Assembly: GCA_963675745.2 (NCBI GenBank)
Contig: CAXXWX010000001.1
Location: 128,001 to 192,000 of the forward strand
Reading direction: 5' to 3'
Length of the DNA stretch: 64,000 bases
Origin: Phycisphaerae bacterium
GTDB lineage: Bacteria > Planctomycetota > Phycisphaerae > UBA1845 > Fen-1342
The position numbers and the translations under genes are program-made. Of the stretch, positions 34,923 through 45,736 are shown piece by piece. Numbering within the stretch: position 1 is the stretch's first letter; each line of letters begins with the position of its first letter. Under the pieces are notes generated by a model. That model did not search any database and had not been told where the DNA came from. It saw only the letters and a program-made list of their open reading frames with translations.

Positions 34923-36434
34923 ATGCCGGCAAAGTCATTGACCGTGACCAGAATGTCAGAGCATCTGCTGTCTGACGATCGGCGCGTGATCACACGGCTG
35001 TTTGTCCCGGGGGGCGGTGAGCGAATTCGGGCGGTTGTCGAGCGCGTCGGCGGCCTGAGCGACAAAGACGTGGATGCGCTGCTGGCCCGCGTGATGCGGG
35101 ATTTTGCGGGGCGTCACCGGGACATCAAATCCAGTTTCGACGAGAACTTCGCCGAGGCCGCCCCGCACCTGGAGATGCCCAATCGGCTGTCCCAGGCGCG
35201 CCGACAGCTCATCGGCGCATACTTCACCATGGAATACGCGATCGAGGCCGCCGCGTTATTCAATCCGTCGATCGTCGTGCATCCCGACCAAAGCGACCTG
35301 CCGGCCGGCGCGCTACGCTTCATCATGAGCCTGCGCGCCACCGGCGAGGGGCATGTTTCGTCAATCGTGTTCCGAACGGGCGTCATCACGGCCGAGAACA
35401 AGGTCCGGCTCCATCGCGTAAACCGATTCGTTCATGCGGCGCGCAAGGTGAAGGACCGCACCTATGACAAGCACACCTTCTTCCTGAAACTCATCGAGAT
35501 GGGCGCGTATAACGATGTGACCGAGGCCGTTCTCGATCAACTCGGCGACAGCTTCGTATTCGATGAGCTCACCACGGCGCTCGAAAACATACAGCAGTCG
35601 GCCTTCGACGCCGACACCCTGCGCCAGACCTGCGAGCGAATCCGCTGGCTGGCCCGCTCCAACTATCATCTGACCTTCCCCGAAGACTGCGACGTCAGCG
35701 AGGTCGTCATCTTCCCGGTCAGTGAGAACGAAAGCCGGGGCATCGAGGATGCGCGTTTCGTGCGTTTCATTGATGATGACGGAACGGCGATTTATTACGC
35801 CACCTATACGGCGTATAACGGGTACGACATCCTGCCGCAGTTGATCGCCACGAAAAACTTCTACCACTTCCGGATCACCACGCTCAACGGGCGTTTCGCG
35901 CAGAACAAAGGCGCGGCGTTGTTTCCGCGTCGCGTGAACGGCTGGTATGTCATGCTGTCGCGCGTGGATGGTGAGAATCTGTACATCATGCGCTCCGACA
36001 ACATCCGGTTCTGGAACGAGGCCGAACAGCTCCAGACGCCGCGGTATCCGTGGGAGTTCGTGCAGATTGGCAATTGCGGTTCGCCACTGGAAACCTCGGC
36101 GGGCTGGCTGCTGCTGACACACGGGGTCGGCCCGATGCGGCAGTATTGCATCGGCGCGAGCCTGCTCGACCTCGACGATCCGCGGAAGGTGATCGCCCAG
36201 ACGCGTGAGCCGCTATTGGTACCCAACGAGACCGAGCGCGAAGGTTATGTGCCGAACGTCGTGTACACGTGCGGCGCGCTGATCCACAACGACGTGCTGT
36301 TTATTCCGTACGCCATGTCGGACTCGGCAACATCGATCGCGTCGGTCCCATTACCCGACTTGCTCGAGCACATGGTCGGCCGGAAGAAGAAGACGACGCG
36401 TGCCCCGCGCAAGCGAAAACAGCCGAAGAAATAA
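34923..36434 (+). CDS. Glycoside hydrolase family 130 protein
   Basis: EYAIEAAALFNPSIV, SLRATGEGHVSSI, GIEDARFV, YATYTAYNG, NKGAALFPR, EREGYVPNVVYTCG; start reassigned to ATG 34923. Confidence 0.9.
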   Translation: MPAKSLTVTRMSEHLLSDDRRVITRLFVPGGGERIRAVVERVGGLSDKDVDALLARVMRDFAGRHRDIKSSFDENFAEAAPHLEMPNRLSQARRQLIGAYFTMEYAIEAAALFNPSIVVHPDQSDLPAGALRFIMSLRATGEGHVSSIVFRTGVITAENKVRLHRVNRFVHAARKVKDRTYDKHTFFLKLIEMGAYNDVTEAVLDQLGDSFVFDELTTALENIQQSAFDADTLRQTCERIRWLARSNYHLTFPEDCDVSEVVIFPVSENESRGIEDARFVRFIDDDGTAIYYATYTAYNGYDILPQLIATKNFYHFRITTLNGRFAQNKGAALFPRRVNGWYVMLSRVDGENLYIMRSDNIRFWNEAEQLQTPRYPWEFVQIGNCGSPLETSAGWLLLTHGVGPMRQYCIGASLLDLDDPRKVIAQTREPLLVPNETEREGYVPNVVYTCGALIHNDVLFIPYAMSDSATSIASVPLPDLLEHMVGRKKKTTRAPRKRKQPKK

Positions 36435-36506
36435 GGGGCTGAGAGCGCGGCGCCGGCGATGGGCCGCGCGTGATCTCCGGCAAGCCTCACACACTTGGTA
36501 GCTAGC

Positions 36507-37427
36507 ATGCGATCAGCGCACGTTGATGTCACCGTTGATTTGGACCGGGTACGGCTCGCCGCGGAACAGATCCGCGCGGCCACCGGCGTCAGCTTGATCG
36601 CCGTAGTCAAAGCTGATGCATACGGGCTGGGCGCGGCGCGTGTCGCTGACGCGCTGGCCGGCGTGGCCGACGAGTTCGCGTATTTCTCACTCGACGAGGC
36701 GCGCCAGGTCGGGCGCGCTGGTATCGTGCTGGGCCCGCCCGATGGACAGCCGGGCGACTACCGCGAACTCCACTTGCGACCAGCCGTCGGCAGCCTGGAC
36801 GAGGCGCGACGGCTATCCACCACACGACCGTTGCTCAACGTGGACAGTGGAATGCAGCGCTTCGGCTGCCGCGCGGACGAGGTTAACCGCGTACTGGCGC
36901 ACCAGAGCTTCGACGAGGCGTTTACCCACGCCGAGACGCAGGGCGCGGTGGCAGTGCTCGTTGATCTGTGCCGTGGGCGCGTGGGCCGGCTGCACGCGGC
37001 GAACACCGCCCTGCTCAACTGCCCCAGTGCGGTACTCGATGCGGTGCGTCCGGGAGTCGGGCTGTATACCGGGGCCGTGCGGGTCAGCGCGCGGCTCAAG
37101 GCTGTCCACGAGTCGTCCGGCAAGATCGGCTACACGGGCTTTCAGGCTCCCCGCGTGGGCATAATCCTGGCCGGCTACAGCAACCGCCTGCGACCGGCAC
37201 CCATTCTGATCAACGGGCGGCGTCAGCGCGTGCTCGAGGTCGGCATGAATACGTCGTTTGTCAGCGTTGCCGATGATGACCGCGTGGGTGACGAGGTTGT
37301 GCTGTTGGGCGATGGCCTGACCGAAAACGACCTGGGCAAGCAGTTGGGCGTTAGGCCACATGAAATACTGTGTACGTACACCTCACTGGGACCCCGGCGT
37401 TACCTTCCGTCTGATGCCGCATCGTAG
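36507..37427 (+). CDS. alr: Alanine racemase family protein (compact, ~306 aa)
   Basis: PLP lysine motif AVVKADAYGLGA, VDSGMQRFG, VRPGVGLY, IGY, HEILC. Confidence 0.8.
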   Translation: MRSAHVDVTVDLDRVRLAAEQIRAATGVSLIAVVKADAYGLGAARVADALAGVADEFAYFSLDEARQVGRAGIVLGPPDGQPGDYRELHLRPAVGSLDEARRLSTTRPLLNVDSGMQRFGCRADEVNRVLAHQSFDEAFTHAETQGAVAVLVDLCRGRVGRLHAANTALLNCPSAVLDAVRPGVGLYTGAVRVSARLKAVHESSGKIGYTGFQAPRVGIILAGYSNRLRPAPILINGRRQRVLEVGMNTSFVSVADDDRVGDEVVLLGDGLTENDLGKQLGVRPHEILCTYTSLGPRRYLPSDAAS

Positions 37428-37857
37428 GCGGGCTCAACAACGGATTCCGCCCTGCTAACACCGCCCCTTTGTCAACCTGGCTGGGCTCGTGTCTTGTATT
37501 ACGACTCGGCACGGCGCGTAACGGCCGGCGCCTCGCCGGCCGCCGGACATTAGAGACACAGTTTCACATCGACGGCCTACGAGGCACAGGCCGTTACAAC
37601 GCTGTCTGCGCGAAGCGGCGGGACTGAGAGCGTCTTCAATGCCCTGCGGGCTTCGTTTCTCAAGACAACTACCGACAAGCCACGACAACAGGCGACATGC
37701 GCACCTTGGGCAAAAGGGTATCCTGCACGGTGAATCAGTGGCCGACACTACCCACAACGCAATCGATTATGGATTTCAACGGCCCTTCTAATCGCCAGCG
37801 GGCCGCTAAACGCTTACAACGAGGGTGTTTTGACCCTCAAGATAAGGAGCGAACCCC

Positions 37858-40152
37858 ATGAACATGCATCGAGATTCTGTGACCCGCGGTGTGATTGCCG
37901 CCCTGCTGTGCGCGGGCCTCGTCACCGTCGCACACGCAGAACCACCAGAGTTCACGCTGGCGAATGCCGTACCGAACGATGTGTTCCTGCTCGTCAACGC
38001 GCGCCACAATCCTGAGCGCGAGTTCCTCGACACCTATTGGAAAGATGTGCTCGACACCGCGATGGAAAGCGGCGTCTGCGATGATCTATGGGCGCTGCTG
38101 GGCACGTTGCTGGAAGAGGGGCAGATGGAGGAAGTGACGCGCCTCCGCCAGCGCGCCACCGAGCTAATGGAGAATCTGGACTGCACCGCCCTGGTCTCCA
38201 ATGAGATGGCGTTCGCGGAACGGCTAAACCCGCCCATAACGCAGGGGGAGAAGATCGTATTCGTGGGCCCGCCGGATATGGTCTGGCTTCTCCGCGGGGC
38301 CCCTGGGAGCGCGGAAAAGAACTACGAAGCCTTGCGGGCGATGTTGGAAGCTCTGGTTGAGGAAATCAACCACTTTGCCGGCAACGAGGGACAGGGGCTC
38401 ATGGTGGAGCAGCGTGAGCAAGGCGGCACGAAGCTGGCTCGGGTCAACCTGCTGGCCATGGTGACGCCGGTGCCGACGCTTTCAATTGCGGTAGCCCAGC
38501 ATGAGGACGTGGTCTTCATGACGCTTGGCGACCAGATGCTCGAGGACGTCATCGGCTTGCTGAATGGCGACGGGGCCAAACCGGCGCTGGCCGCCGAAAA
38601 GCGCTTCAAGGCCGCGTTTGCCGACCTGCCCCCGGCCGAAGACAGCCGCGTCTTCTTCGATTTGCCGGCGATGATGAAGCCGATTCACAAACTCATCGAC
38701 ATAGCGCTAGCGAAGGTCGATGCGCCAGCCGGTGAGCATGCCGCTCCGGTTTTGCCCGACGGAGCCCGCTCGCTGGTCATCAAGGCCGCCGAGGCCTACG
38801 AGCGCGAAGACTTCGCGCAGGCTCTGGAATTGACCAAGCAGGCTCACGAGAAGGCCCCGCACAACCCGTTGGTGCTCTATAACCTGGCATGCTTCAGCGC
38901 TCTGACTGATCAGCCACAGGAAGCCGTGACGTACCTCGAGCAGGCGGTGGAAGCCGGCTTCGATGAGCCCGACAAGATCGTCAGCGACAGTGACCTCGAC
39001 AGCCTGCGTGAGAATCCGCGTTACGCGGCGGCGTTGGCGGTGGCAAAGGAGAAGGCGGCTGTGGCCGGCGGCTCTGATCAGGCCAAGTGGGCGCTGGCGG
39101 TAAAGCGCATCGCCGAGCGGCTGATGGACACGATTGGCGTGCTGGATTACACCGCGGCCGTCGAGTTTACCGACGGTTACGACGTGCGCATGGAGTCGGT
39201 CGCGGTACTGAAGGACGGCGCGCGGGAGCAGCCGATCTACGCCGTTTTCGGCAGCCGCAAGCCGCTGGAGAATTTCGACAAGTACCTGCCCAAGGAGACC
39301 GTGTCGTTCTCGGTATCGGGCGGGTTCGACCTCGGCCAGCTCTACAAGTTCATCGAAGACTCGATCCGCACCACCGGGCCCATCGGTGAGCAGATGCTGC
39401 ACGAGTGGGCGATGTTCCAGGAAAATGTCGACTTCAGTGTCGAAGAGGACGTGCTCGCCTGGTTCGATGGCGACAGCGTATCGGTCACGTTGGAGGGTGA
39501 CCTCGGGTCGGTGAGTCTGATCAAGGTCACCGACGAGGCCATTGCCCGTGAGAAGATTGACGCCGCCGTCAAATGGGCATCGAACATGATGACGGAGGTC
39601 GGTGCCGCCAACCCCATGCTGATGATGATGGCGTTTCAGACTTCGCCGACGGCGGATGAGCGCCTGGCCGGATTCCAGAATCTGCACCTGACCATGCTGC
39701 CGCAGCCGATGGTGTTCGGCGTCGCGGATGGCTATTTGATCTTCGGCTCGTCAGCCGAAGGCGTGGCGCTGTGCCTGGAGACGGCGAAGGGGAACCACCC
39801 CGGGATCCGTGAAAACGCGCGCGTGATGCAGGAGGCGCTCGTCCCGCCCGGACCGTTCGTGGCGGTCAGCCTGACCGATCAGCGCCGCATGGGCCAGCAG
39901 CTCGCCGAGGGCATCGGCATGGTATCGATGGGCGCCGGCATGCTGGCGGCGTTCATTCCCGAACCCGAGGTGCGCCCGGTGATCATGAAACTCGCCGGCA
40001 TTCTGTCGAAGCTGACTCCGGCCGCCAAGAAGATCGACTTCTACAAGTCGACCGCGGCGTATACGACGTTTGACGGTGACACGTGGCACACACACAGTGT
40101 CACGCACTACGTGTCGCCGGACGAGAGGACCGTAAGCGCCCTACGGCCCTGA
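37858..40152 (+). CDS. Exported protein with inserted TPR module
   Basis: Signal peptide ...VAHA-E; YNLACFSAL...LEQAVEAGF...SDSDLDSLRENPRY TPR; AAGGAG RBS. Confidence 0.7.
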   Translation: MNMHRDSVTRGVIAALLCAGLVTVAHAEPPEFTLANAVPNDVFLLVNARHNPEREFLDTYWKDVLDTAMESGVCDDLWALLGTLLEEGQMEEVTRLRQRATELMENLDCTALVSNEMAFAERLNPPITQGEKIVFVGPPDMVWLLRGAPGSAEKNYEALRAMLEALVEEINHFAGNEGQGLMVEQREQGGTKLARVNLLAMVTPVPTLSIAVAQHEDVVFMTLGDQMLEDVIGLLNGDGAKPALAAEKRFKAAFADLPPAEDSRVFFDLPAMMKPIHKLIDIALAKVDAPAGEHAAPVLPDGARSLVIKAAEAYEREDFAQALELTKQAHEKAPHNPLVLYNLACFSALTDQPQEAVTYLEQAVEAGFDEPDKIVSDSDLDSLRENPRYAAALAVAKEKAAVAGGSDQAKWALAVKRIAERLMDTIGVLDYTAAVEFTDGYDVRMESVAVLKDGAREQPIYAVFGSRKPLENFDKYLPKETVSFSVSGGFDLGQLYKFIEDSIRTTGPIGEQMLHEWAMFQENVDFSVEEDVLAWFDGDSVSVTLEGDLGSVSLIKVTDEAIAREKIDAAVKWASNMMTEVGAANPMLMMMAFQTSPTADERLAGFQNLHLTMLPQPMVFGVADGYLIFGSSAEGVALCLETAKGNHPGIRENARVMQEALVPPGPFVAVSLTDQRRMGQQLAEGIGMVSMGAGMLAAFIPEPEVRPVIMKLAGILSKLTPAAKKIDFYKSTAAYTTFDGDTWHTHSVTHYVSPDERTVSALRP

Positions 40153-40273
40153 TAGTAGCCCAGGTCTCCGCGCCGAACGTCGCGACATGCGTACACGTGT
40201 TGCCGATGCGCGGCGGACGGCGCGGAGATCGTTGCTGGGCCCGGCAGATTGTGCGGCCCCCAGGGCGCACTCG

Positions 40274-42643
40274 TCACAAGAGGTCCAGCGCATCCACATC
40301 CACGGTGACCCGGCGCACCTTCGGGCGCAACAGTGACGCTGCGGCCGCCTCGCGCAACAGACGCTGGATGCTGCCATCGCGCGGGCCGCGCACAATCACC
40401 TGATAGCGCCGCATATCACGCAGACGCGGGATTGTGCATGACTCAGCATCATCGACGCGGATCTGCGGGTGCACGCGTTCGGCCAGACTGCGCAGATCGA
40501 GCGCAAGTCTATCCGCCGCGCTTCGTGCGGCCGCCGGACGCGGGTCAAGCAGCACAACCCGGACCAGGCGGGCGTACGGCGGATAGTACAGCGACTCGCG
40601 GTCACGCAATTCCGCCTCAGCGAAGGCCGCGTAGTTCATGCGTAAGGCCTCGTGGATCGCCGGCGCATCACTGCTGCCGCACTGAACCAGCGCCAGTGAA
40701 TCGCCGGTCTTCCGCCCGGCGCGGCCGACGACCTGCATCAACAGTTGAAAAACCCGCTCACCCGCGCGAAAATCCGGCAGCCACAGGGCCGCATCGGCGT
40801 CGATCACACCCACCAGCCCGACCGCGGGAAAGTCCAGCCCCTTCGCAACCATTTGCGTGCCGACCAGCAGATCAACCTCGCGGGCCTCAAATCGTGCCAG
40901 CGCGGAAGCGTAGTCGTCGCGGTGCTTCATGGTGTCGCTGTCAAGACGCTGAATCCGAGCGCCGGGCAACAGGTGCGACAGGGCCTCCTCCAACTGCTGA
41001 ATCGCCGTCCCCGTCGGCGCCATGCGCCCGTGGCAACTACTGTCCGGACAATTGCGCGGCGGATCGGCACGGTAGCCGCAGTGGTGGCACTGCACCCGTG
41101 AGTCGCGCGACCCCGTGTCCGTCCGTGGCTGATGAAGAACCAGGCGCGCATCGCAACGTGGGCAGCGCAAGATCAGCCCGCAACGCTCACAGCGCAAGAA
41201 CAGCGCATAGCCACGACGATTGTGCAGCAGAATCGCCTGTTGTCCACCGGCCAACGTCGCGCGCAGCTCGTGGGCCAGCTCGTCCGAGATCAACGGCGAC
41301 GTGGGCTCGGTGCGCACCAGTCGCGTGCGCGGCAGCCGCGCCCCGGGAACGCGCTCCGCCAGATGCACAAGGTGGTAGTGAGGCATATGGTGGGCGTTGT
41401 ACCAGGTCTCCAGCGCAGGGGTGGCAGTCCCCAACACGACCGGCACGACTTCAAACTGCGCGCGTTTGATCGCCACGTCACGCGCGTGGAAGAACGGCGC
41501 GGCGAGGTTCTTCAGACTGGTTTCCTGTTCTTCATCGATGACGATCAACCCCAGCTTCCGGCACGGGGCGAAAACCGCCGTGCGTGTGCCGATTACGACA
41601 TCTACCCGCCCGGCGGCGATCGCCCGCAACGTGTCGGCGCGCCGGCGATCGGTCAATTGGCTGTGCAGCACGGCCACGCGGTCGAACCTGCGCGCCAACC
41701 GTTCCACAACCTGCGTGGCCAGCGCTATCTCCGGCACGATCAGGATCGCCTGCCGGCCGGCGGCGACAACATCGCGGATCGCCCGTACATATACTTCGGT
41801 TTTTCCACTACCGGGCACGCCGAAGACCAGGTGCACGCCAAACGCCCCCCGCGGCAGAGCGGCTTTGAGAATCGCGTCGAGAGCCCCCTGCTGCCCGGCC
41901 GTCAGGTGCAAGTCGTCTTCATCGGCGTGTTCGGCGGCCCCGCGCCCGCACACGCCGTCGAGCCGCAGCTCGGGCACCAGCGGCTCGTGGCGCGTAACCA
42001 GCTCCACAATCCCGGCGTCGCAAAGCGCCTTCAAAACGCCCGAGCCGACACCGGCGGCGGCAAGCAGCTCAGAGCGCGGAACAAGCGCATCCTCGGGCGC
42101 GTCGCGCAATGCGTCGCATAGCGCTTGTCGCTTTGGCGTGAGATCGTCAGGCACCGGGCCGGCGAGTCGCGCGTAGACGACGCGCCGCAGCCGTGGTTTC
42201 CGCGTCGCGGATGGGAACATCGCGTTGAGCGCCAGTCCGGGCGGGCACGCGTAATACTCGCTGATCCACAACCCGAGTTCGACAAGACGCTCGTCCAGCA
42301 ATGGCTGTCCCGGCACAACCTCGCTGATCGGGCGGCGTGTGTGATTCCATTCGCGCTCGGCTACTCGAACACAGATTCCGTCCACCAGGCGCTCGGAACG
42401 CCCATAAGGCACGCGCACACTGACGCCCGCGCCAACCTGGTCGCGCAGGTTGTCGGGAATCGAATAGGTGTATAGCCGGCTCGTGCGCAGTGCGATTGCG
42501 ACATCGGCGACGATGTGGGTGCCGGGCGTGCCCTCGCGAGGGATGAGCCAGAGCTGTCCGCGCGGCTGCGCGGTCTCCGCCCCGGCGGGCCTGTCAGCCT
42601 CGTCGTCAGGATGAGGTGTCGCCACGTCGCGCCCTACCATCAA
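40274..42643 (-). CDS. priA: Primosomal protein N' (replication restart helicase)
   Basis: GVPGSGKTEVY, IDEEQE, LGTATPALE, NRRGY, four CxxC pairs, GTQMVAKGLDFP, QVVGRAGR. Confidence 0.96.
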   Translation of the reverse strand: MMVGRDVATPHPDDEADRPAGAETAQPRGQLWLIPREGTPGTHIVADVAIALRTSRLYTYSIPDNLRDQVGAGVSVRVPYGRSERLVDGICVRVAEREWNHTRRPISEVVPGQPLLDERLVELGLWISEYYACPPGLALNAMFPSATRKPRLRRVVYARLAGPVPDDLTPKRQALCDALRDAPEDALVPRSELLAAAGVGSGVLKALCDAGIVELVTRHEPLVPELRLDGVCGRGAAEHADEDDLHLTAGQQGALDAILKAALPRGAFGVHLVFGVPGSGKTEVYVRAIRDVVAAGRQAILIVPEIALATQVVERLARRFDRVAVLHSQLTDRRRADTLRAIAAGRVDVVIGTRTAVFAPCRKLGLIVIDEEQETSLKNLAAPFFHARDVAIKRAQFEVVPVVLGTATPALETWYNAHHMPHYHLVHLAERVPGARLPRTRLVRTEPTSPLISDELAHELRATLAGGQQAILLHNRRGYALFLRCERCGLILRCPRCDARLVLHQPRTDTGSRDSRVQCHHCGYRADPPRNCPDSSCHGRMAPTGTAIQQLEEALSHLLPGARIQRLDSDTMKHRDDYASALARFEAREVDLLVGTQMVAKGLDFPAVGLVGVIDADAALWLPDFRAGERVFQLLMQVVGRAGRKTGDSLALVQCGSSDAPAIHEALRMNYAAFAEAELRDRESLYYPPYARLVRVVLLDPRPAAARSAADRLALDLRSLAERVHPQIRVDDAESCTIPRLRDMRRYQVIVRGPRDGSIQRLLREAAAASLLRPKVRRVTVDVDALDLL

Positions 42644-42894
42644 GCTGCGGTTGGTCTACCCTGAACCTATACAAAACCCGCGCGGTTTTCCGGCTGTTGA
42701 CGCCGGCGGGCCACTGACAATTCTGGCGCGTGTGAGCGTTCTTGTCACCCGCCCCGCTAGAAGCTGGGATAGATTATCGGCCTCACGCCGGCACGCGGAA
42801 CCTGGAAAGATTGCGGGTCCAGCAAACGAGCATTGGCGTCGATATTCACCGGTGGAGCACGGGTTCGGAGACCGACAGGGAGAAGCAAACGACA

Positions 42895-43938
42895 ATGGAC
42901 GAAATCGATAGCGGCATGCCTGGAAGCTGTACCCTACACAGTCACATCATCGTTGCCGAAGACGACCAGGCGACACTGAAGCTGTTCGTGCGACAACTCA
43001 AGGAGGCGGGCTATGAAGTTACGCCGTGTATAAACGGCCGCGAGGCGTTGGAGGCTATTCAGGAGCGTGGTAAAGGGATCATCATCGCCGACTGGGGCAT
43101 GCCCGAAATGGGCGGGCTCGAGCTGTGCCAGGCGGTGCGGGAACTCCAGTCATTCCGCGCCATTCAGAGCGTACACATCATTCTCGTAACCGCCAGCGCC
43201 GACAAAGACCGGCTGGTGCAGGGACTCGAAGCGGGGGCCGACGACTATCTCACCAAGCCCTATCACGCGCAAGAGCTATTGGCGCGCTTGCACGCCGCCG
43301 AGCGCACGCTACGCCTGCTGGACGAGTTGTTCCAGCAGCGGATGGAAGTACAGAAGGCCAATGCGACGCTCCAGGTGTTCAACGACAAACTCGAGAAACT
43401 GGCCAGCACCGACATGCTCACGGGGCTGCACAACCGCCGCGTACTGTTCGAGCGGTTCGGTGAGCTCTGGGCAATGTCGGAACGCACCGACGCCGATCTC
43501 GCGTTCATCATGCTCGATATCGACCACTTCAAAAGCGTGAACGACACCTACGGCCACCACGTGGGAGACCTGGTGCTTACCGAGGTGTCGCGGCGTATGC
43601 GCGGCGCGCTGCGGCCGTACGACGTCTGCGCGCGTTTCGGCGGTGAAGAATTCGCGGTGGTTTGTCCCAACTCCGATAGCGCGGCCACGACGCAAATCGC
43701 CGAGCGCATCCGTCAGGCCGTCGCAGCCAAGCCGGTCAAGGCTGAAGACCAGGTTATCCCGGTCACGGTAAGCGTCGGAGCCGCCACGCGGCGTGAGGAT
43801 CATGCGAGCGTGGACGTGCTGATCGGCGAGGCCGACGAGATGCTGTACCGCGCCAAAGAGAACGGTCGCAATCAGGTGTGGTACTACGACGCCGCAGGCC
43901 AGCCGACGCCCTACCCGCAGGCCGTGACCGCTACGTAG
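42895..43938 (+). CDS. Response regulator diguanylate cyclase (REC-GGDEF)
   Basis: REC (AEDD, DWGMP, GADDYLTKP), TDMLTGLHNRR, DIDHFKSVNDTYGH, I-site RPYD, active site GGEEF. Confidence 0.93.
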   Translation: MDEIDSGMPGSCTLHSHIIVAEDDQATLKLFVRQLKEAGYEVTPCINGREALEAIQERGKGIIIADWGMPEMGGLELCQAVRELQSFRAIQSVHIILVTASADKDRLVQGLEAGADDYLTKPYHAQELLARLHAAERTLRLLDELFQQRMEVQKANATLQVFNDKLEKLASTDMLTGLHNRRVLFERFGELWAMSERTDADLAFIMLDIDHFKSVNDTYGHHVGDLVLTEVSRRMRGALRPYDVCARFGGEEFAVVCPNSDSAATTQIAERIRQAVAAKPVKAEDQVIPVTVSVGAATRREDHASVDVLIGEADEMLYRAKENGRNQVWYYDAAGQPTPYPQAVTAT

Positions 43939-44204
43939 CCGCGGCACGCATCAGTTCAGCCGGCGAATCAACCCCGGAGCGGTCCGCACAACGCGGAGCG
44001 CTCCGCTGTTTAGTGTGCTCGCTATCGCGGGACTGGAGCTGGGCGAGCCGTGCCGCCTGGGGCAGTCACGACCGTCACTGCGCGATCCGCCCGGTCGTCC
44101 GGCGGGTATTCGCGGGGCGGGATGGCGATTATCATGCCGTCTCGATCAGGTACTGACGTATCCCCACGGCCGCCCGCGCTTGGCGTGGGCGCAGGAGCAC
44201 TCCG

Positions 44205-45572
44205 ATGGTAAATATCGCCGCCACCCCACCGCTCACGACCGCCGACCTGAAGCCAGCGCACCTGGCCCGTCTGCGCGATCATTTTCTGAGCAATCCCGCG
44301 TACCGTCTGGCCCAGAACGCCGTCACGCAGGTGAGTGTCGATGATGTGGCCCTCAATCGTGAGGTGATCACCAGCGTTGACCACACGTTCTCGCACAAGC
44401 TGGACGATTGGGAGGTCACCAATCAGAAAAAGTCCGGGCGCTGCTGGATGTTCGCCGGCCTGAACCTCTTGCGCGTCGGCATGATGAAACAGATGAACCT
44501 CAAGGAGTTCGAACTCAGCCAGAATTACCCGCTGTTCTGGGACAAGCTCGAACGCGCCAACTACTTCCTCGAGGCGATCATCGAAACGTCCGGCGACCCC
44601 ATCGATGATCGCACGGTCGCCTGGCTGCTCGATCACCCGCTCGATGACGGCGGCCAGTGGAACATGTTCGTCAACATCGTTCGCAAGTACGGCGTCGTGC
44701 CCAAGGCTTTCATGCCCGAAAGCGAAAGCTCGTCGGATACCAACAAGATGAATGCGCGGCTGCTGACCAAGCTGCGCGAGGGCGCCCGGCAGTTGCGTGA
44801 TCAGCGCGCAGGCGGTGCGCCGCGCGAGGTGCTGCGGTCGACCAAGCACGACATTCTGATGGTCGTGCATCGGATCCTCTGCATTCATCTCGGCACTCCC
44901 CCGGAGCGTTTTGACTGGCAGTGGAACGACAAGGACAAGAAGTTTCACCGCGACGGCGATATCACGCCGCGCGAGTTTGCCGAGAAGTACATCGACATCC
45001 CGCTCGATGAATATGTGTGCCTGGTGAATGACCCGCGCGAAACGAGCCCGATGGGACGCACTTTTACGGTCAAGCATCTCGGCAACGTGGTCGGCGGCGA
45101 GATTGTCACCTACCTGAACGTCGGGATTGACCTGATGAAGACGATTGCGGCACAGGCGATTGCGGGCGGCGAGCCGGTCTGGTTCGGCTGTGATGTTGTG
45201 CCGCAGATGCGCCGTGATCTGGGATTGTGGGACGCGGCGCTGTACGACTATGGCCGCGTCTACGACACTGAATTCAAGCTCGACAAGGTCGGCCGCCTGC
45301 TTTACCACGAAACGTACATGACACACGCCATGTTGTTCACGGGTGTTGACCAGGTGGACGCCAGGCCCAGACGTTGGCGCGTTGAGAATAGCTGGGGTGA
45401 TGAGAACAGCGGCAAGAAGGGCTTCTACTTGATGCAGGATTCGTGGTTCAACGAGTATATGTTCGAAATCGCCGCTCGCAGAAGCGCGCTGTCGGATGAG
45501 CTGCAGGCGGCCCTCAAGGAACCTCCAATCGTGCTGCCACCCTGGGACCCGATGGGCGCCCTGGCGCGATAA
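44205..45572 (+). CDS. pepC: Aminopeptidase C / bleomycin hydrolase (peptidase C1B)
   Basis: NQKKSGRCWMFA (Cys), MTHAM (His), VENSWG (Asn), PPWDPMGALA C-terminus. Confidence 0.95.
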   Translation: MVNIAATPPLTTADLKPAHLARLRDHFLSNPAYRLAQNAVTQVSVDDVALNREVITSVDHTFSHKLDDWEVTNQKKSGRCWMFAGLNLLRVGMMKQMNLKEFELSQNYPLFWDKLERANYFLEAIIETSGDPIDDRTVAWLLDHPLDDGGQWNMFVNIVRKYGVVPKAFMPESESSSDTNKMNARLLTKLREGARQLRDQRAGGAPREVLRSTKHDILMVVHRILCIHLGTPPERFDWQWNDKDKKFHRDGDITPREFAEKYIDIPLDEYVCLVNDPRETSPMGRTFTVKHLGNVVGGEIVTYLNVGIDLMKTIAAQAIAGGEPVWFGCDVVPQMRRDLGLWDAALYDYGRVYDTEFKLDKVGRLLYHETYMTHAMLFTGVDQVDARPRRWRVENSWGDENSGKKGFYLMQDSWFNEYMFEIAARRSALSDELQAALKEPPIVLPPWDPMGALAR

Positions 45573-45736
45573 ACGCGCCCGGCACGCCTGGCGGAACCGC
45601 GCCGACTCCAGTGGGCGGCACGTCTCGCGCAGCGCAACCTAACCTACGGCGTTGACTGCGTGGCGCGACTGCCAAGTAACGGCCTGCGCCCCGCAGGCCG
45701 CCGGCGCGAAACGTGTGGCTTTGCGCGCGGCCGATT

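Noticed and set aside
37430..37857. Long intergenic regions (also 49360-49720 and 55490-56136) as ncRNA or riboswitch loci
   Set aside because: No tRNA, tmRNA, RNase P or riboswitch consensus recognisable by eye; an Infernal/Rfam scan is needed to exclude them
42895..43938. Diguanylate cyclase as a T6SS regulator
   Set aside because: About 9 kb from the cluster among housekeeping genes; nothing in the sequence links them
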